64,000 nt of DNA, from the NCBI GenBank assembly GCA_976551045.1, contig CDPCPM010000024.1, forward strand, positions 2,728,001 through 2,792,000, given 5' to 3'. Origin of the DNA: Glaucostegus cemiculus (taxonomy: Eukaryota). The position numbers and the translations under genes were made by a program. Within the stretch, counting starts at the first letter, position 1; the number at the start of each line of letters is the position of its first letter. The notes under the pieces are model-generated. The model did not search any database, had not been told where the DNA came from, and saw nothing but the letters and a program-made list of their open reading frames with translations. Positions 12,263 to 26,957 of this stretch are shown in pieces.

Positions 12263-13587
12263 ACAGTCATATAATGAACTAAATCGAGCAGTGAGAATGA
12301 ATATGTGGAAACCCCTTCAAATATCATAAAATAATTCCACACGAATTGACCTTTTAGGGACCCAAACATCAAACTACAGCAGAAACGCTTCTATGCGATT
12401 CTACAATGCACTACGATATCAGAATGTTATCCACACTCCTATATCATTGTTGTAATCCGGTATCATTCATTTGTTTTCACTGACATCAGTCACTAAGCTC
12501 TAAAATCGAAGTCCAATATTCCACAGTGTCCGATTCTGAGTAGAGTGTCCATTTCAGAAACAGTTCGGGATATATTGCTGAATTTCTTTCTTCGTTATTC
12601 TACTACTCGTGCATGCCTTGCTATTTCCAAGGAGTATAAATAGAATTATCGCCAATATGTGGAGAAATCACGTTGTTAGATATCCTACAGTCTCGCTGAG
12701 AACGTCACAAGCCAACCACCTGGCTGAACTTACAAGTGGCCATGAACTTATTTGGGTTATACACACCTCCAGTGCTTACTGAAACTTCATTTGCAATTAG
12801 GCAGTGAAAACAAAGGTAATCGCAATTTGCCTTAAAAGAAAATATAGTGAGGCGAAAAGCAACTTGAGGGTTCTGCCATCAAAATTGCTCTTGAGAATAT
12901 GCGAAAGGAACATATTGTCAGGTGAGTCAAAAAGTCGCTCTGCTCGCAATGGTATTAATACTGAACACGTCAGCATACTTCTGTATATCTTGCCAACGAG
13001 CGAGCGATATTGACAGGAGCCACGCGTTCCATAATGATCGTCGTCTCATGACGTTAAGAAAACTGAGAACCGGGTTCTTTGTTTTTCTTCTTGCTTCCTC
13101 ATAAGTTATATGTATGGATATTCGTAAGCATCAGGGGACATTTGGAGCAGAATGTTTCCACCAGCGACAAGAGTGTTCCTAATGAACCTGAAATGATAAC
13201 ATTCAAATCGATATTGTTGGTCTGTACCCAGTCCAAGTAGAATAAGATACACAGTCCTTCTTGATTCTGTTTGTTCTCATTGTGGCGGCGGGAAATGCCG
13301 ACAGAGACATCATTTTGGGAATACAAAGGGAGGTTCAAATGCCATGCAAAATAATAAAATATAAAGAAAGCGGGAAGGACATGGAGAGATATTAGGAAGA
13401 TTCTCAAAGGAACGTATTCGTTTACCCGGAGGAAGAGTAAAGCTCAGGAAAGGGATTATCCACAGGGTCAAAGGAAAACACTTCGGCTTGAAGTACAGTG
13501 AGATGACGAGGTACTCATGAAAACGTTGCATCAGCATTCACCGAGGAGAATGTCACGGATGGTAGTCGGATTAAGAATGGGTATGTA

Positions 13588-15200
13588 ACTATCATAGGGG
13601 AGTAGAGGGGGTACACAATCCTGACGACCCAAATTCAGCGTTTCAGGAACTGCTTTCCCTTTCGTTATCAGATGTCTGAAAAGTCCATGAAGCCATGAAC
13701 ACCATCCCGTTATTCTTGATTTGCAAAATCTATTTATTTTTGTAACACATTGGGAATTATTTGTCTTGATGTGTTGCACTATACTGATGCTTTAAAACAC
13801 AAATTTTGCGACACATTTCCGTGATGATAAACCTGATTCTGATGCTGGTAGTCCATTCAATGTCGATATCAGGGTGTTTGATTATTGAAAATAAATAAAT
13901 ATGTAATAATGTCCATGCCCTGAGACATTTATATCAGCAAACAGAAGATGACAACGGAGAGACTGCTGGGGCTATGACCTATTTTTTGTATCCTCTTTTG
14001 CTATAAGCAGGGGTCCAAAACACTGGGGAATTGCCAATTTTTTACTTTGTTGAAGAAGTGCAACAAAAACATTCTTGGAAATTATCGCCAGATTCGGTAG
14101 CTAAACGACTGGAGAAGTTTCTCAGAGACATCATTTCCTCGGATTTATAAAACCTTGGCCTTATTAGGAATAATCAGCATGTCTGGCCTTTGATTTATAG
14201 GAGGAAGTGCGGATAATGATTACTGGAGGTTGGTCAAAAGATGCTGAACCATGGCCTTTAGTAAAACACTTGTCAATATCTATTATGGTAGACTGATTTT
14301 CGGATGATGAAGCAAATGGGACTCACATTCAGTTGCCGAATGCGACCTGGTGGATATTCCGGTGGAGTGAAATGCGAGAGGAAGGATTGTAATGCGGACA
14401 ACTGTGAGGTGTTGCACTTTGGGAGGGAAAATGAGGCAGGAAGAAATGCAGTAAATAGCAGGATCCTGAGGCACCTTCATGTTCTGTGCGATTTTGGGTT
14501 GAAATTCCATTGCTCCCTGAAAGCAGCGATGCATGTGAGTCGTGTGGTAAAGAAAGCGTAAGGCATGGATGTCTTGGACACGGTCTTCTGACCCGTTATT
14601 TTTATCTAGCCATTTCAAGCCATGCAAATTTTATACTGAAAATCACAATGTACGTCGTAGAATGTGCACTTCTATTCTCCACATTGAAGAATGTATGGGG
14701 ATGTTCTGCACATCAGATTCACCAGGACATCGAACAGACAAGACTGCACAATGGAAAAGGAGGGGATGGACTAATCTGGATATTTTTTTTTTTTATTCTG
14801 GAGAATCTGAGGATGAAAGGCGTCCTGGTAGAGATATAATACTTGTGAGACGCATTCACAGAGAAGTAAGTGAGAGCCTTTTTTTGCCACAGTGTAGAAA
14901 TGTCAAAAACATGGAAACATGCGTTGAATGCAATAGGAGGTAATATTTAAATGAGATTTTCGAGGCAAGTTTATTTTTACACAGTAAGTGCTCGGTGACT
15001 TGATCGCACTGCCTGTGGGGTGGTAGAAACAAATAGGATAGGACTTTCAGAGGCATGCAGACAGACATATGGACAGACAGTGAATATTGCGATGAGGACC
15101 ATGTGGAGCAAGACGTGTTAGTTCTTTAGATTAGCACTCTGGTTGGCACGGACACGATCTGCTGATGCGCCCGTTCATGTGCGGCAATATTCTATTTTAT
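13588..15200 (+). mobile_element. Rex1-like tail plus degraded CR1 fragments (duplicated with unit A)
   Basis: CNADNCEVLHFGREN...LKAAMHVSRVVKKA CR1 ORF2 motif; aaacctgattctgat tail at ~13830. Confidence 0.65.
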
Positions 15201-15696
15201 TTGGTGGAAATGATTTTACGAGAATGTAAGTGTTTACTGTATCTTCCTCAACTCTTCTGATTGTCTTTGCTTTTATATACGATGGACAACACTCATGTGC
15301 GTACCATGCGCAGAATCACAGATCAACAGTTTTCTATTTTGTTTGTTTAAAATTTCGCTGACAAATCTTCTGAACAGTTAAATGAAATTGCATGAATTTT
15401 TCTCTATCTCACTACATATTCAAAGAACTTGCAACAACAGTTTCCGTCATGTAATTTCCGTCATGTTGCCTGATCAAAGAGAATAGAAATCTCGACTTTG
15501 TGTACTTAATCAAAAGAATTTAATGCATTCCTTCTTTAAATAATGTTTCAAAGGAATGTTTAAAAAATAATTCTGCCTCTATCTGATATTGTTCTCAGCT
15601 GAGGAAGGGGTTTTATTTCATTTGTGAAATACTGCATCAAATTAGCCGAAAATCAGTGACAGTAAACAAATCCCGGTTTTCCCAGACGGATCACGG

Positions 15697-15762
15697 GACT
15701 GGATAATTCAAATCTTATCTTTGTGCTCAATGCTCCCTGAGGGTTTCTCTGACATATAAATA
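15697..15762 (+). promoter_or_regulatory. Conserved proximal promoter of copy B with TATA box
   Basis: GACTGGATAATTC at 15697, TCCCTGAGGG at 15734, TATAAATA at 15755, 78 bp before ATG 15833. Confidence 0.65.
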
Positions 15763-15832
15763 ATACATAACTTTGAAAGCAACTAGATTTGCATATCTGC
15801 CCACACACCAGAAACGTGGCTTCTTTACAATT

Positions 15833-15902
15833 ATGGAATTGGATGTAAAGCTACTGACTCAACTCATTTACTACCATATTCTTGTCATAATTGGCGTTCC
15901 TG
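15833..15902 (+). CDS. GPR139-like GPCR copy B, coding exon 1
   Basis: MELDVKLLTQLIYYHILVIIGVP+G, then GTAAG donor at 15903. Confidence 0.85.
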
Positions 15903-16923
15903 GTAAGCAAATTATAGTATTGTCTAATGGATATATTGATTCATGTTTTGCAGAGCGGGACAACTATCGTCGAAAATGACTGAACGTGTTTCCAGATTCT
16001 GCCAAATTGGGAAAAAAAATTCCTACTGAAGCAAATATTGCTCCGGCCATTAATCATTGCGAATGCCATCGTCACATTCTGTGTGTGGGTCGCCTTTGAA
16101 TTTGATTGTGTGATGATTGCAAAAATGCATGAATAATATTTTCAAGTTTGTCCCAAAAATCCAAATTCCTATTTTACGCCGTATTTATGCCCAAATTCCA
16201 GAAGGAAATTTACTCTTCGCAAACCATAGATACAACTTCTTCGCTCATAATGCGATCGATTTTATTATTTATTCCACGTAACATTGTCATCATATTTTTC
16301 GGAACATGTCTGCGAAGGATATAATTTCCGAGGAATCTTATTTTAATTGGTCGTGTGCTCAGTCCAAATGTTCGTTTGTATGTGTGAATTATACTGTACG
16401 TCAGAGACTCATAAATGCATACCGACGGAATCATTATATTAAGTTTAGTTTAAAATCTGGATTTAAACTATTTGTCGACAGATTTCACTGAACGTAAGCA
16501 TATTTCAGGAAAGCAAGAAACAAGCAAATTTGTTTAAATAAGCAAAAGATGGGAAATGGAGAAGCCCAGGTCAGTGCTAATTTGATAGGACTTCCAAGTA
16601 GCAACAATTCCATTCACAGAAGCTTCCATCTCTCGATTTCGGAGAGAATTGCAGCTGAGTTGATGCGTGCTGTCTGAACGTATTCTGAAGTTCGCCAAAG
16701 GTGTTACATTTAAATATACATGGATTGAAATAGCTTCAAACACATCCGAAGAATATTGAGAAAATTATATTTGTCGTGGTTGGGATGAATATGGCACTCT
16801 GATGGATTTATCGGTCTGAGCTTCTGCTTGCACGATTTAGGATGCAAGAAGTGCAATTTTAAGACGTCTTCAACACTGCTGCTGACCTTGCTATAGGGAG
16901 AAAATGTCAAGTTGCATATAAAT

Positions 16924-17793
16924 TGTTACGATGTAGCTTACTATAGGCAAATATCCCTTTAAGATGGGACATTGTGTGTGTGTGCAATGTATTACGTCAA
17001 CTGAAGATAAGACTAATGTGATGAGGTCATTACAAGAAAGAAAAAGATAAGAGAGAGAGAGACAGACAGATGGAAAGAGAGAAGAAGGAGAGATGGCAGT
17101 TTGTTTTGTTTCTGTCGTTGGATGAAGGACAGTAACTGTGTTTGTCACTAAAATCCGTGGATGGATTTCTGGAGTAGTCCAGTGGAGTTCACTTTGTCGG
17201 TAACCTGTAGAAGGACACAGGTGTTTGCGTGAACAACCACATTTTGGATGCTCTTCAGAGTGGCAGATACTGTGGAACAAAGTGACGGAATTCACTTTGC
17301 TGCTAACCTGTAGAACACAGGTATTTGCATGGACAGTCAACATACAAGGAGTTTTCAGTGTGAGAAAGTCACAACCGAGTAAACCCTGAAGTGTCGTATG
17401 AGTTTCGAGTGGAACATTTGGATTTCGTGATTCCTCTCTAATCTCTCTCTATATCTATGTTTTGTCTTCGGTGGACGGTGCTTGTGAAGAAGCCTTTTTT
17501 CGTGTTTCACCGTACGGCGTACTGAACTGAACTTGAAGAACTAATTCCTGGACTTGGGAGTTTAGGAATTTGATGCACACACACGACGAGTAGTTTTGGG
17601 GTTATAGTTTTGGGGTTAAGATTCTAACATTATATTGTGTACTAATATACTAACTTTTTATTCTTATTTTACGTATTATCAGATATAGTTATTAATAAGG
17701 TAGTTTTAACACTGAAGTATGAATTGGTGTGCTTCTTTTGTTTAAATAAGATTTAAACAAAAATGTTTAAAACAAAAATTTTGTTTCGTAACA
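16924..17793 (+). mobile_element. Solo LTR (870 bp) in the intron of copy B
   Basis: Perfect TGTTACG...CGTAACA termini, 4-bp TSD AAAT on both sides, absent at the equivalent position in unit A (~6148). Orientation is tentative. Confidence 0.9.
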
Positions 17794-18419
17794 AAATATA
17801 CAACACGAATTCACAATCCATACGTAATAAGAGTGATATGAAGGGGTTGGGCTGGGGCTGCACTCTGAAACTGACCTAACCGATGTAATGCAGTTGTCAC
17901 GTCCATGCCGGAGAACTTGCCCAAGTTGAAACAAAAGATTGCAAGCAAAGCTGGGTTTTCTAACTGAATTAACCTTGACGTTCGGAAGTAATTGATGTAA
18001 CACTTTTAAATGCTTGCATTTCTATGTTTTAATCATTCAATTCTATTTTGACAATTTCCCAGTCATCAGAGATACCATGTCAGCAATTAATTAGTGGTTC
18101 TGCTGGTTGGTCTGTGCTGTGAGGATAAAACGTAGAGCTGATTGCAAACATCCTTTCTCTGTGTTGTGTCTGTATAATACAGGAATGCATCGATATTTTG
18201 TGAGGGGTAACGGGGTTAGATTGGATCTGAGGGGGCATTTCCGAACAATGAGATAGTTTTGAATCTTGAACAGTGACCTGAGGTTGGAGAAAGATACTCT
18301 CACAGTCTTTCAGAAGGATCTGGACAGACACTCAAATCGCGAAGACACAGAAATCCTCGGAACAAATAACGATACATGTGTATGCCACGGTAATTGTAAA
18401 GGTCGCCATGGGAGGAAAG

Positions 18420-18795
18420 TTCCAACGTAGAGGATAGAAAGAGGCAGCAGAGTGTTGTAGACTCAGCCAGGTCCTCACGGGCGTAAGTCTCCGCGCCTTC
18501 GAGAACATGTCAATGAAACGATGCCTCAACATCCTGGACATATTTTCTTTTCAATACTCCCATAAGGGAAGAGGTAAAGGAGCCTGAACACCCACATTGA
18601 TCTTTTCTGGAACAATTACTTCCCTTCCACCATCAGATTTCGGAATGGTCCATGAATCATAAACTCTGCCTCATTCGTCTTTTGCACCTTTTCTTCTGGT
18701 AACTTATTGTAATAATGCCTTGTATTGCTCCACAAAACAATAAATACCACGACGTAAGTGAGATTAAACCTGATTATGAAGCTGAGACTGAGACA
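18420..18795 (+). mobile_element. Rex1/Babar-like LINE 3' fragment (paralog of 7290-7706)
   Basis: Same sequence and position relative to exon 2 as in unit A. Confidence 0.65.
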
Positions 18796-18924
18796 TTTGA
18801 AAAAAAAAATGTGGATGATGTAATAACGAACAACGAAGTAAATGCACGTTATGATAGAAGGGTGGTTTAATTACTATTCATTGCGAAGTAACATATGCTT
18901 TCTGCATTTCCTCTACGATTGCAG

Positions 18925-19848
18925 GTAATATGTTAACAATCTCGATCCTATCCTCTGGAAAATGCAGACTCTCCAAATGCATCACTCGGTATCTTGTCTG
19001 GATGGCTGCAGCTAATCTAATGCACTTGATCGTTAGCGGAATATTTTATCGGATTTTGGACGGGTATTTTCCACATTCATTTCTCCATTACACTCCTATT
19101 TGCAGTCTTAATTTTGCCCTTATTTATGTTTCCATTGACTTCTCTGTCTGGCTAACGGTGGCCTTTACTTTTGATAGATTTGTCGCAATTTGTTGCCGGT
19201 CATTACGAACAAAATATTGTACTGAAAAAAGTGCAATAAGGGTTATAACAGTGGTTTGTTTCATATGCATTTTGGAAAATATTCCCATATATTTTATGTT
19301 TGAACCTCAAGAAGAAGTTAACAAAGTGCCATGGTTCTGTAAAGTAAAATCAGACCTACATCTTACCTGCTTGGGCTGCGTTTTTATGGTTGGAATCCCT
19401 CTTAATACCATTTCTACCATTTCTGCTGATCCTCCTGTTCAATGCGTTGACCATAAGGAATATTATACTGTCTAACAGAGTCAGAAGAAAACTCCGAGAA
19501 AGCAACACTGAAAAGAGGCAGACAGATCAAGAGATCGAAAACAGAAGGAAATCCATAATCTTACTACTCGCAATATCTGGAAGTTTCATTTTGTTATGGG
19601 TGGTAAATTTTACCAGCTTCATTGCTCTCTATTTTACAGATAATCAATTGATGAACTTCGAGGATAATGACATCTTCACTATTGTTGAAGAAGTTGGTTA
19701 TCAGTTAAGATTTTTAAGTACTTGTACAAACGCATTCATTTATGGTGCCTCCCAAAGCTGCTTCAGAGAGGAACTGATGAATATGTTTAAACGTCCTCTT
19801 ACATTAATTGAAAAATATTTAAATAGTTTGTATGGCTTTGGAACATGA
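18925..19848 (+). pseudogene. GPR139-like GPCR copy B, exon 2 (frameshifted)
   Basis: Acceptor ttgcag|GT AAT ATG; intact FDRFVAICC. A 2-nt deletion at ~19353-19356 relative to copy A gives a stop at 19475. A further 1-nt deletion near 19810 shifts the ancestral TAG (19824-19826) out of frame. Confidence 0.85.
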
Positions 19849-22739
19849 AACAATCATATCCAGTGTAAAAGAATTTTTTTTCAATTGCTGATCAGAAACG
19901 CATTAATCCCCAAAATATGATCAGCTGACAGGATGCCGTTTCACCAAACCTGTGTTTGATCGATTCTCTGTTTTTTCAATACTGGATTCGAGCCTGGGCA
20001 AATCATGCATGACGTACAACAACTGTTTTGATCTGAATAAAATATTTGAGACACACAGCTTCTACGACTTTAAATAAGGAGATCCAAGGAACAGTTCATT
20101 TTGTGGCGGGGATTCTCCAACCTGTCGGGGTTCCCCGTATTTTTGTTTAACCTTGAAGGAAAATACAAATACAGAACTGGTTGCGGAATATTTATTTGGA
20201 AGGAGATCAATAACAATAATATTTTCGTTCGATGATGTTTCAGCGGAACTTTGAATAGTTGAAAAACAAATGTATTTTGAGGAGAGAAAAGCGTTTCTCG
20301 ATTTAAAAACAAGTTAAACGTTATATTGTGGAGACCTTGAGAAACTGAATGACGTGTGTTTTCGGTGTTTGCTGACAGCGGGTAAAAAATGTTGTTTATC
20401 ATATCTCTTATCTCCGGAGAATTTGCTGACTGGTATGAATAGACAGCCAAATGGAATGGATGTTGTGCAGCGATATACAAATATGCATTCAGAATATGGA
20501 TACTATGAATATGCAAATATCTTCCGAAATGTCATAATTAAGGAGGATACTTGTATATTCAGAATGACAGACGACATCTACAACGAGAAATAAATTTGAG
20601 TATAGGCGTAATTATCAGTTCTGAAAACAAAACGAAAATGGATATTGGCTTCAGTAAACTTAAATTAATAAAGAAAGTACAGAAAATATCAGCAGCTGAA
20701 GAAGCCTGCGAAGAAAGAAAAACAGTTAATATTTCAAGTACTGGACCCTCAGTGACGAAATTAGGTCCCTTTCAGCGCTAATAATAACTAGTCGCGTAGG
20801 ACGACAGGGATTTAATGAAATTTCATTTGGTTCTATCTCCCGATTGTAAAAGTCCGACAATTGAGGAATAACAATTAGGAACCACTTAGCAACTAGTGTT
20901 AGCAAGGCATATTGAAGGTCTGGTAAAACATAACTTTGTATCAGGAGGCTGAAAGATCTAGTTATCCTTAAAGCGCATATTTTTTGCCATGTCTCGTTCA
21001 TTGAAAGTCAACATTGAAGCAGGGGCGTGCATAGTTGAACAAACCGCGTCGAGATGCAGATACCCTCAGTTATGTGGTTAGTGGGATAATCTTGTCACTG
21101 TCTTTTTGTAACGATGATGTTGGAGATTTGAGATATATATTGAAAATGATGAATGGCCTGGACAGAAAACGGAAACCAAAATGATGCAGACTTTGGAAAT
21201 TTGACAGAGACTGTAAAATACGGGGCATACGCAGATCGTCGGACAGTGTGGGTGAAGATCAAAACGGAAATTAAGCTGATGTGGAAAGCTACATCTTAGT
21301 CTGAGGCTCTGAAATGAATTTGGAGAAAAAAGTGGAATGGGTATGATAGGACCAAGACCAAGGAGGCCCATTTCACGTAGTTCTGTACAATTAATCATTA
21401 CATCCCTTATAGTCACCTGTGGATCCGAAGAGTGAAAGATGAAATCTCAGTTCGAATCAAAATAGAATATATTGGAAATTGTGACATCTGCAAGGGAAGT
21501 ATTTCTCTCAGTGTATTTTCCAAAACCGTCTTGTTTTCAGCACCATTGATGATCAGAGTATCACGAAGTTCTCTTTACTTTCCCACTCCATCCTCTGCAA
21601 GATTAATCACGCTTGCTTCTCGCGTTTATGATTCAGTTAATGGCGCATTGATATGAAACATCGTCTGGTCCCAGTTCACAGATGCCACCGGACGTACTGC
21701 GGACGTCCAATGTGCTTTCATATCCTTTATTTTCATTGAGGGGCCCGGCAGAATAGATGGCAGGACGAAATTCCCATTGATGAAGGTACGAAGAAATAGG
21801 AGGCATAGAAAGAAACATTAAAAGCCCTCTGCACTACCTCTCTATATCTCACCGACCGATGCACATCCAGCTGCACCCCATTACCGCCCACCTCACAGCT
21901 GTCAATGTTGAGAAGTTTTGTACTGTCTCGAAATTTAGAAATTGCGCCTTGAACCATGACGTCGAGCTCCTTAATATCGATTACATGGCGAAAATGTCAT
22001 TTTCTGGGTGATGCCACAATTCAGTTTCATCCTAACCAAAATGAAATATTCACCACACTCCTTGTTGGCTTATTCCTGTACGACATTGTTTCCATGCACC
22101 TTTATGCCATGCACTCATGTTTCCTGATCTGCCTGTAAGCGACACCTAATCGACATTTTCCTAAAGTGCTGCTCAGACTATGGTTTGTGTCAGCTTAATA
22201 TAAATAATAAATACATACGACTCTTTATCTCGCGATTTCCGTTAAAATACATTAAATGGATGATACACAGTTTTCTTGCAGAGAAATCGTGTTCTCTTGT
22301 TGATCCATTTCCATATTTATCCCTTCGCGCATGATAAACTGACTGTTTTATAATTGTTGTGCTTATTCTCACTAACCTCAGAAGAAAGGGCTAACCAGTG
22401 GGAATAAGATGCACAAATGAGAAGGTAGGGATGGAGGTATTTTGGATGGAGTTCTTTGGGAGAGCAACAGACCCGTGGATACCGTTGTGGAAAGCATTAT
22501 GGCGGGGGGGGTGCGGGCGGTTGTGCTTGAGGGCAATTATCGCTTGCAAATATGGAAGTGATCACATCAGAATGAATTAGGCTAGTGATTGCCCCGGCAA
22601 TCATAACAAAATGCTGCAGAATACAGTACTGGTGTAAACAGAGGAATGATGAAATAACAGACAATCAGTTCTATAATGCTCGCTGCAATTTTTTGACATT
22701 AATCAACATTACATTACACAAAGCCGACTGTTGCAAAGT

Positions 22740-22892
22740 NNNNNNNNNNNNNNNNNNNNNNNNNNNNNNNNNNNNNNNNNNNNNNNNNNNNNNNNNNNNN
22801 NNNNNNNNNNNNNNNNNNNNNNNNNNNNNNNNNNNNNNNNNNNNNNNNNNNNNNNNNNNNNNNNNNNNNNNNNNNNNNNNNNNNNNNNNNNN
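22740..22892. other. Assembly gap (153 N)
   Basis: Run of n. Confidence 1.
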
Positions 22893-24124
22893 TCTGTCTG
22901 TATGTCTGTTTGAACAATTCACGGGTGGATGTGCGGGCAGGAATAGGGAAAGGAAGGAGGCAAGATGAAAATTCTTCTGTCAAAATCACACTGAATCCTG
23001 ACGAAGATGAAAGAGGTCCAAACAAATTATTTCGGCTGGATCTCAACTTATATCGAGTCATATTCTCTGGCGACAAAAACGTCGCCTCATGTTGGATATC
23101 ATCGATTGTGTCTCTCTGTAACAGCAAGATACACACAGAATTGTCTATGACTGTGAATGTTTGAACCAAACAGGGATTGCACGTCCTTAAACTATCCTCT
23201 GAATGAGGAAGACGGATCTGACGTATTTAGAAAAGATTTGTCAGTTCGGGATTCTGAAATCATCACAAGAAAAGGTATAAAATGAAGAAACGAAGCTGCT
23301 GTGATCCGAAAAAGGCTACGTCGCTGTGCTTGGAAAGGAAACTGAGTTGGACATTCAGCTCAACAGAAGTTCTCAGAAAAGGGCAATGTGATTTATATCG
23401 TCACATTGGGTAGGTACGGAGAGGAGAGGTTGGTAAACAAAACAAAGTTGCCAAGATTCAGCTCACAAGCTTGTTATAGTACGTGGAGAACATGTAATCA
23501 CTATTGATCAGCGATAAATGGATTTTCAGCTGGAACTCAAAAACGGCATACAGAGGACATGGAGCAAGAAACCAAGGGAAGAGTTGAACCATCCGTACTG
23601 GCTACTTTTCAATATCTCATTTATTCTTTCTTCGAAAGACGGTGAAATTCACCCGATTATATTGTTCCCTTTACCCGCCCCCCACCTTCCCGAGAGCTTA
23701 AAACAAATCTGATTTCCAATTTTTCAGTTGATGACGAAGAATAATTGCAGCATAACATTCATAAGATCATCCAGATCGGAAACAGGTCTCTCAACCCTGT
23801 TTTCCTGTGCTGGCCATCGTCTCTGACCTTGTCAATCCAACCGAGTGAAGATACAATGTGATATCGTAAAACAATCCCAAAACTCAGAACAGGAACTTAC
23901 GCCGTTTTTTTTTTCTCTGCCATAAAGGAGCAGGTCATGGGTCTGGATAAAAAAAAAGTGCCTTAGTAAATGAAATTGAAATGTGCCCTGATGTGTATGT
24001 GAACTAAACTTATGTATGTTTAAAAGCTGAAATAGTTGAAAAAAATCCTCTTATTCGGTAACATTAATTACAGGAAGGACTGAAATATGGAAAACAATTC
24101 GTATGGGGTAATACCATAAAAAAT

Positions 24125-24310
24125 CTGTGTATCAGGTCTTGTCTTTCCTCCAATCACAACTATTTATACCGGCTATCTTTCCTCAGTCTCAGGATGCAGG
24201 GCCTTGGCCGGAAGCCTTCGCCACCACATACGTTGCCTGACAGCTTAGTTCCACGGGAAGTTTGTTTTTCTTTTGGCAGCCAATTCCGGTATCTTCATGC
24301 TCTTGTGACT
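24125..24310 (+). mobile_element. Penelope-like non-autonomous fragment
   Basis: ggatgcagggccttggccggaagcc...gttgcctgacagcttagttcc end motif; paralog at 41765-41945. Confidence 0.5.
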
Positions 24311-25609
24311 ATGTTTTATAAAAACTTATTTTTTAAATATTCATCAAAGAAACAAGCATTGCGTTGTGATTTCGTGCAGCACTCCCGATTAATGTGGGTC
24401 TATTATTATTGTCAGTCGTTCTCCCTGAAAACAATGAATTTCAAGGGTAGGGGATATACAATCGTACATTACCGATGTCGGAATGAATGGTAAGGCTGTG
24501 TCTCAGGAAACAATCAAACCTTATGAAGAAGTGGAGGAACGAGAATTACTTGCAGGAGAACTCCAGCATTTTATACAGTATATTGTTGTTTTCATGGAAA
24601 TGGATATGGGGTTGGGGTGGGCGGGGTTGAGGGTGGGGTGTGGGTGAACATTTGAAAATATAACTGATGTTTAACATGAGTGATTGATGCTATTAAGGAT
24701 GACCGTTGCCAGTGGTACAGGACGCCCGGTGACTTCATAAATGTATCCAGTGAAGTGTGTCTGAAACAAAATGTTCTGTATAATTTTTGTCACCTAATAA
24801 ATTGACAAAAATCGTGAGTTTCCCGAATTTGCGTTTGATACAATATGACTTCTAGCTTTATCAGACACTTCTTGATCATTATCTTAATTCGGCAGTTTTG
24901 TTTTGAATTTGTACTGACAAGCGTGTTCTCCTGGAAATTTAAGAACCAATCCAGGAACAAGAACTGGATTAAGGTTCCTTTTCTCTGATTGTACTGAAGG
25001 TGGAAGTACCTTGCTGCGCAGCATGACAGATGATTATAACAGCAGCATGTAATATGAAAACAACTTAACTTACTTGTTTCTCAGTCGCATACTTGAAGTG
25101 CGAGAATTTTCAGCCGGCTGATTTCCACAAGTCACTGTAAAACTGTCTTATCAATATGATTCTTCAGTATCTTCTGATATAAAAAATGAAAACAAAAGCG
25201 ATTTCTTACAGTCCATGGAGCTCCTTGCATTGGAACATCTCAATGCTCGACTGCAAACGGAACAGATTTGGTATCTGTAATTGAAGACATTAAACAACTT
25301 GGGTATTTTATTAATGACGTCAGTGAATCTCTTTTTCCTGACTCATTAGTAATAGTCCTGTTGTTCCTATTATAGAGTCCTCTTGCTTCTTGCAGAGTAC
25401 TATTTGTAAAAGTCATATTGTTCCTTGCAATAATATGGATGTTATTCTGACCGTAAATTGCTCTGGCGTGAGCAGTTGCTTAGGAAAAAAGTCATTGTCT
25501 TGGGGCTGATAGAAGTATTTCTTTTGCGTCTAGTTAAGAATGATTGAACCGAACATTGCTGTGACTGTTGTGAATGAATGTGATCCGCCACGTGGACTTT
25601 CCATGTTTT

Positions 25610-26080
25610 CTAACTCGGCAGAAAGACAGCAAGCTGGAAGAACTCAATCGATCGAGCAGCAACATTGAATACAGTATGTTTAAGTCGATATTTCGGCTGG
25701 AGCCCCTGCATCAGGACTAAGAGGGAACGGGAAAGATTGTGAGTTCCTAGCAGCACCCATGGAATGGTTATGTGACAGAGGCTGGTAGGTGAATTGTGGA
25801 ACCATACGATGGATAATGGATCGATCGAAACAGGCCGTTCAGGGAAAGTACTGAGACTTGTCCTAGTCGTGATAGGTAAAACCCAATTGCGAGGGTATGA
25901 TGAGGAGAAGGAACTGGTTAAGTGAGCTAATGGACGGATGAATAAAGGGAGAACATTTGGTCGGCAAACAAGTTGTGGGAGCAGAGCACAGGGAAATCGG
26001 AATAGCCAATGTTTGCATCATTTGGTTGCAAACTACCGGAGAATAAACTGCAATTTTGCACTTCCCATCTATGGTTGGCC
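25610..26080 (-). mobile_element. Penelope-like fragment with degenerate hammerhead-like motif
   Basis: Minus strand gtcctgatgcaggggctccagccgaaatatcgac; remnants of the GIY-YIG C-terminal (..VQNCSLFSGSLQPNDANIGYSDF); equivalent position upstream of E and F. Confidence 0.6.
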
Positions 26081-26799
26081 TCTAGGTAGCAACAGACAGC
26101 ACAGAGGACAGGAAGCTGGCGGAAGGGGACGTCAGTAATTTTCAGCAGCATCCAACGGTCAACTCGAGATAGCCATTCCGCTGATGGTGCAGGTAGTCCG
26201 CAAAACAAAAAATAAAAACTGGTCTACTTTCCCCTTCATTTCACGAAAGAACCGTCGTTTATATCTCGGGCACTGAATGCACTATATCCCCATTAAATGG
26301 TTGTCATATTACATTGCCACCGCGGTTTATCATAAACACATTTGACTGCCAACTGATCGATTAACAAAAATGAAATTGTTTTTATTTTTGCATGCAATTC
26401 AGAACTCCCGAGTGTGACTCTAAACGATCACAACCCCTATAAACAATTATTTTGTTTTTGCTGTTTGACTTTATGCGAAATTCCTGGAAAATTGTCATAA
26501 CGCATCAAATTCTCCGAATATTTTATCTTATTTCATTTATCCCACATGTTACTTCTGATCCGCCAATGTAAATGATAAGCGGCTGAAAGTAAAGGAGATG
26601 CAGATAAGCTTTCATGAAAATAACCAAGAAAATCCTCGTTCAAGAGAAACAGCATTTATTGAATAGAAATCTTTCTTCAACGCAAATGCAAGAAATTTTA
26701 TTGCTCCTTTCTGTTCTTTAATTTGTTGATTACTTTAAATGATGAAACATCTATATACAGCTTACACTTTAACTGTGGTCAGATGCATAAACAGCAGGC

Positions 26800-26886
26800 A
26801 GCTTAATTAATGTGATCAAGTGACTGAATAATTCCAGTCATCTTGAATGCTGCTGCCACCCTGGAGATTTCTCTAAGATATAAGTA
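26800..26886 (+). promoter_or_regulatory. Conserved proximal promoter of copy C with TATA box
   Basis: TTAATTAAT at ~26803, GACTGAATAATTCC at 26822, ACCCTGGAGA at 26858, TATAAGTA at 26879, 79 bp before ATG 26958. Confidence 0.65.
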
Positions 26887-26957
26887 GCAAGTAAAATTGA
26901 AATCATGAGATCGACGTGTCTGTTAAAATACAAAAAAAGCGTAGCATCCCTTCGAAT

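Larger units (their letters stand above)
12266..20565 (+). repeat. Segmental duplication unit B (paralogous to 284-9420)
   Basis: Collinear with unit A through promoter, exons and flanks. Confidence 0.85.
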
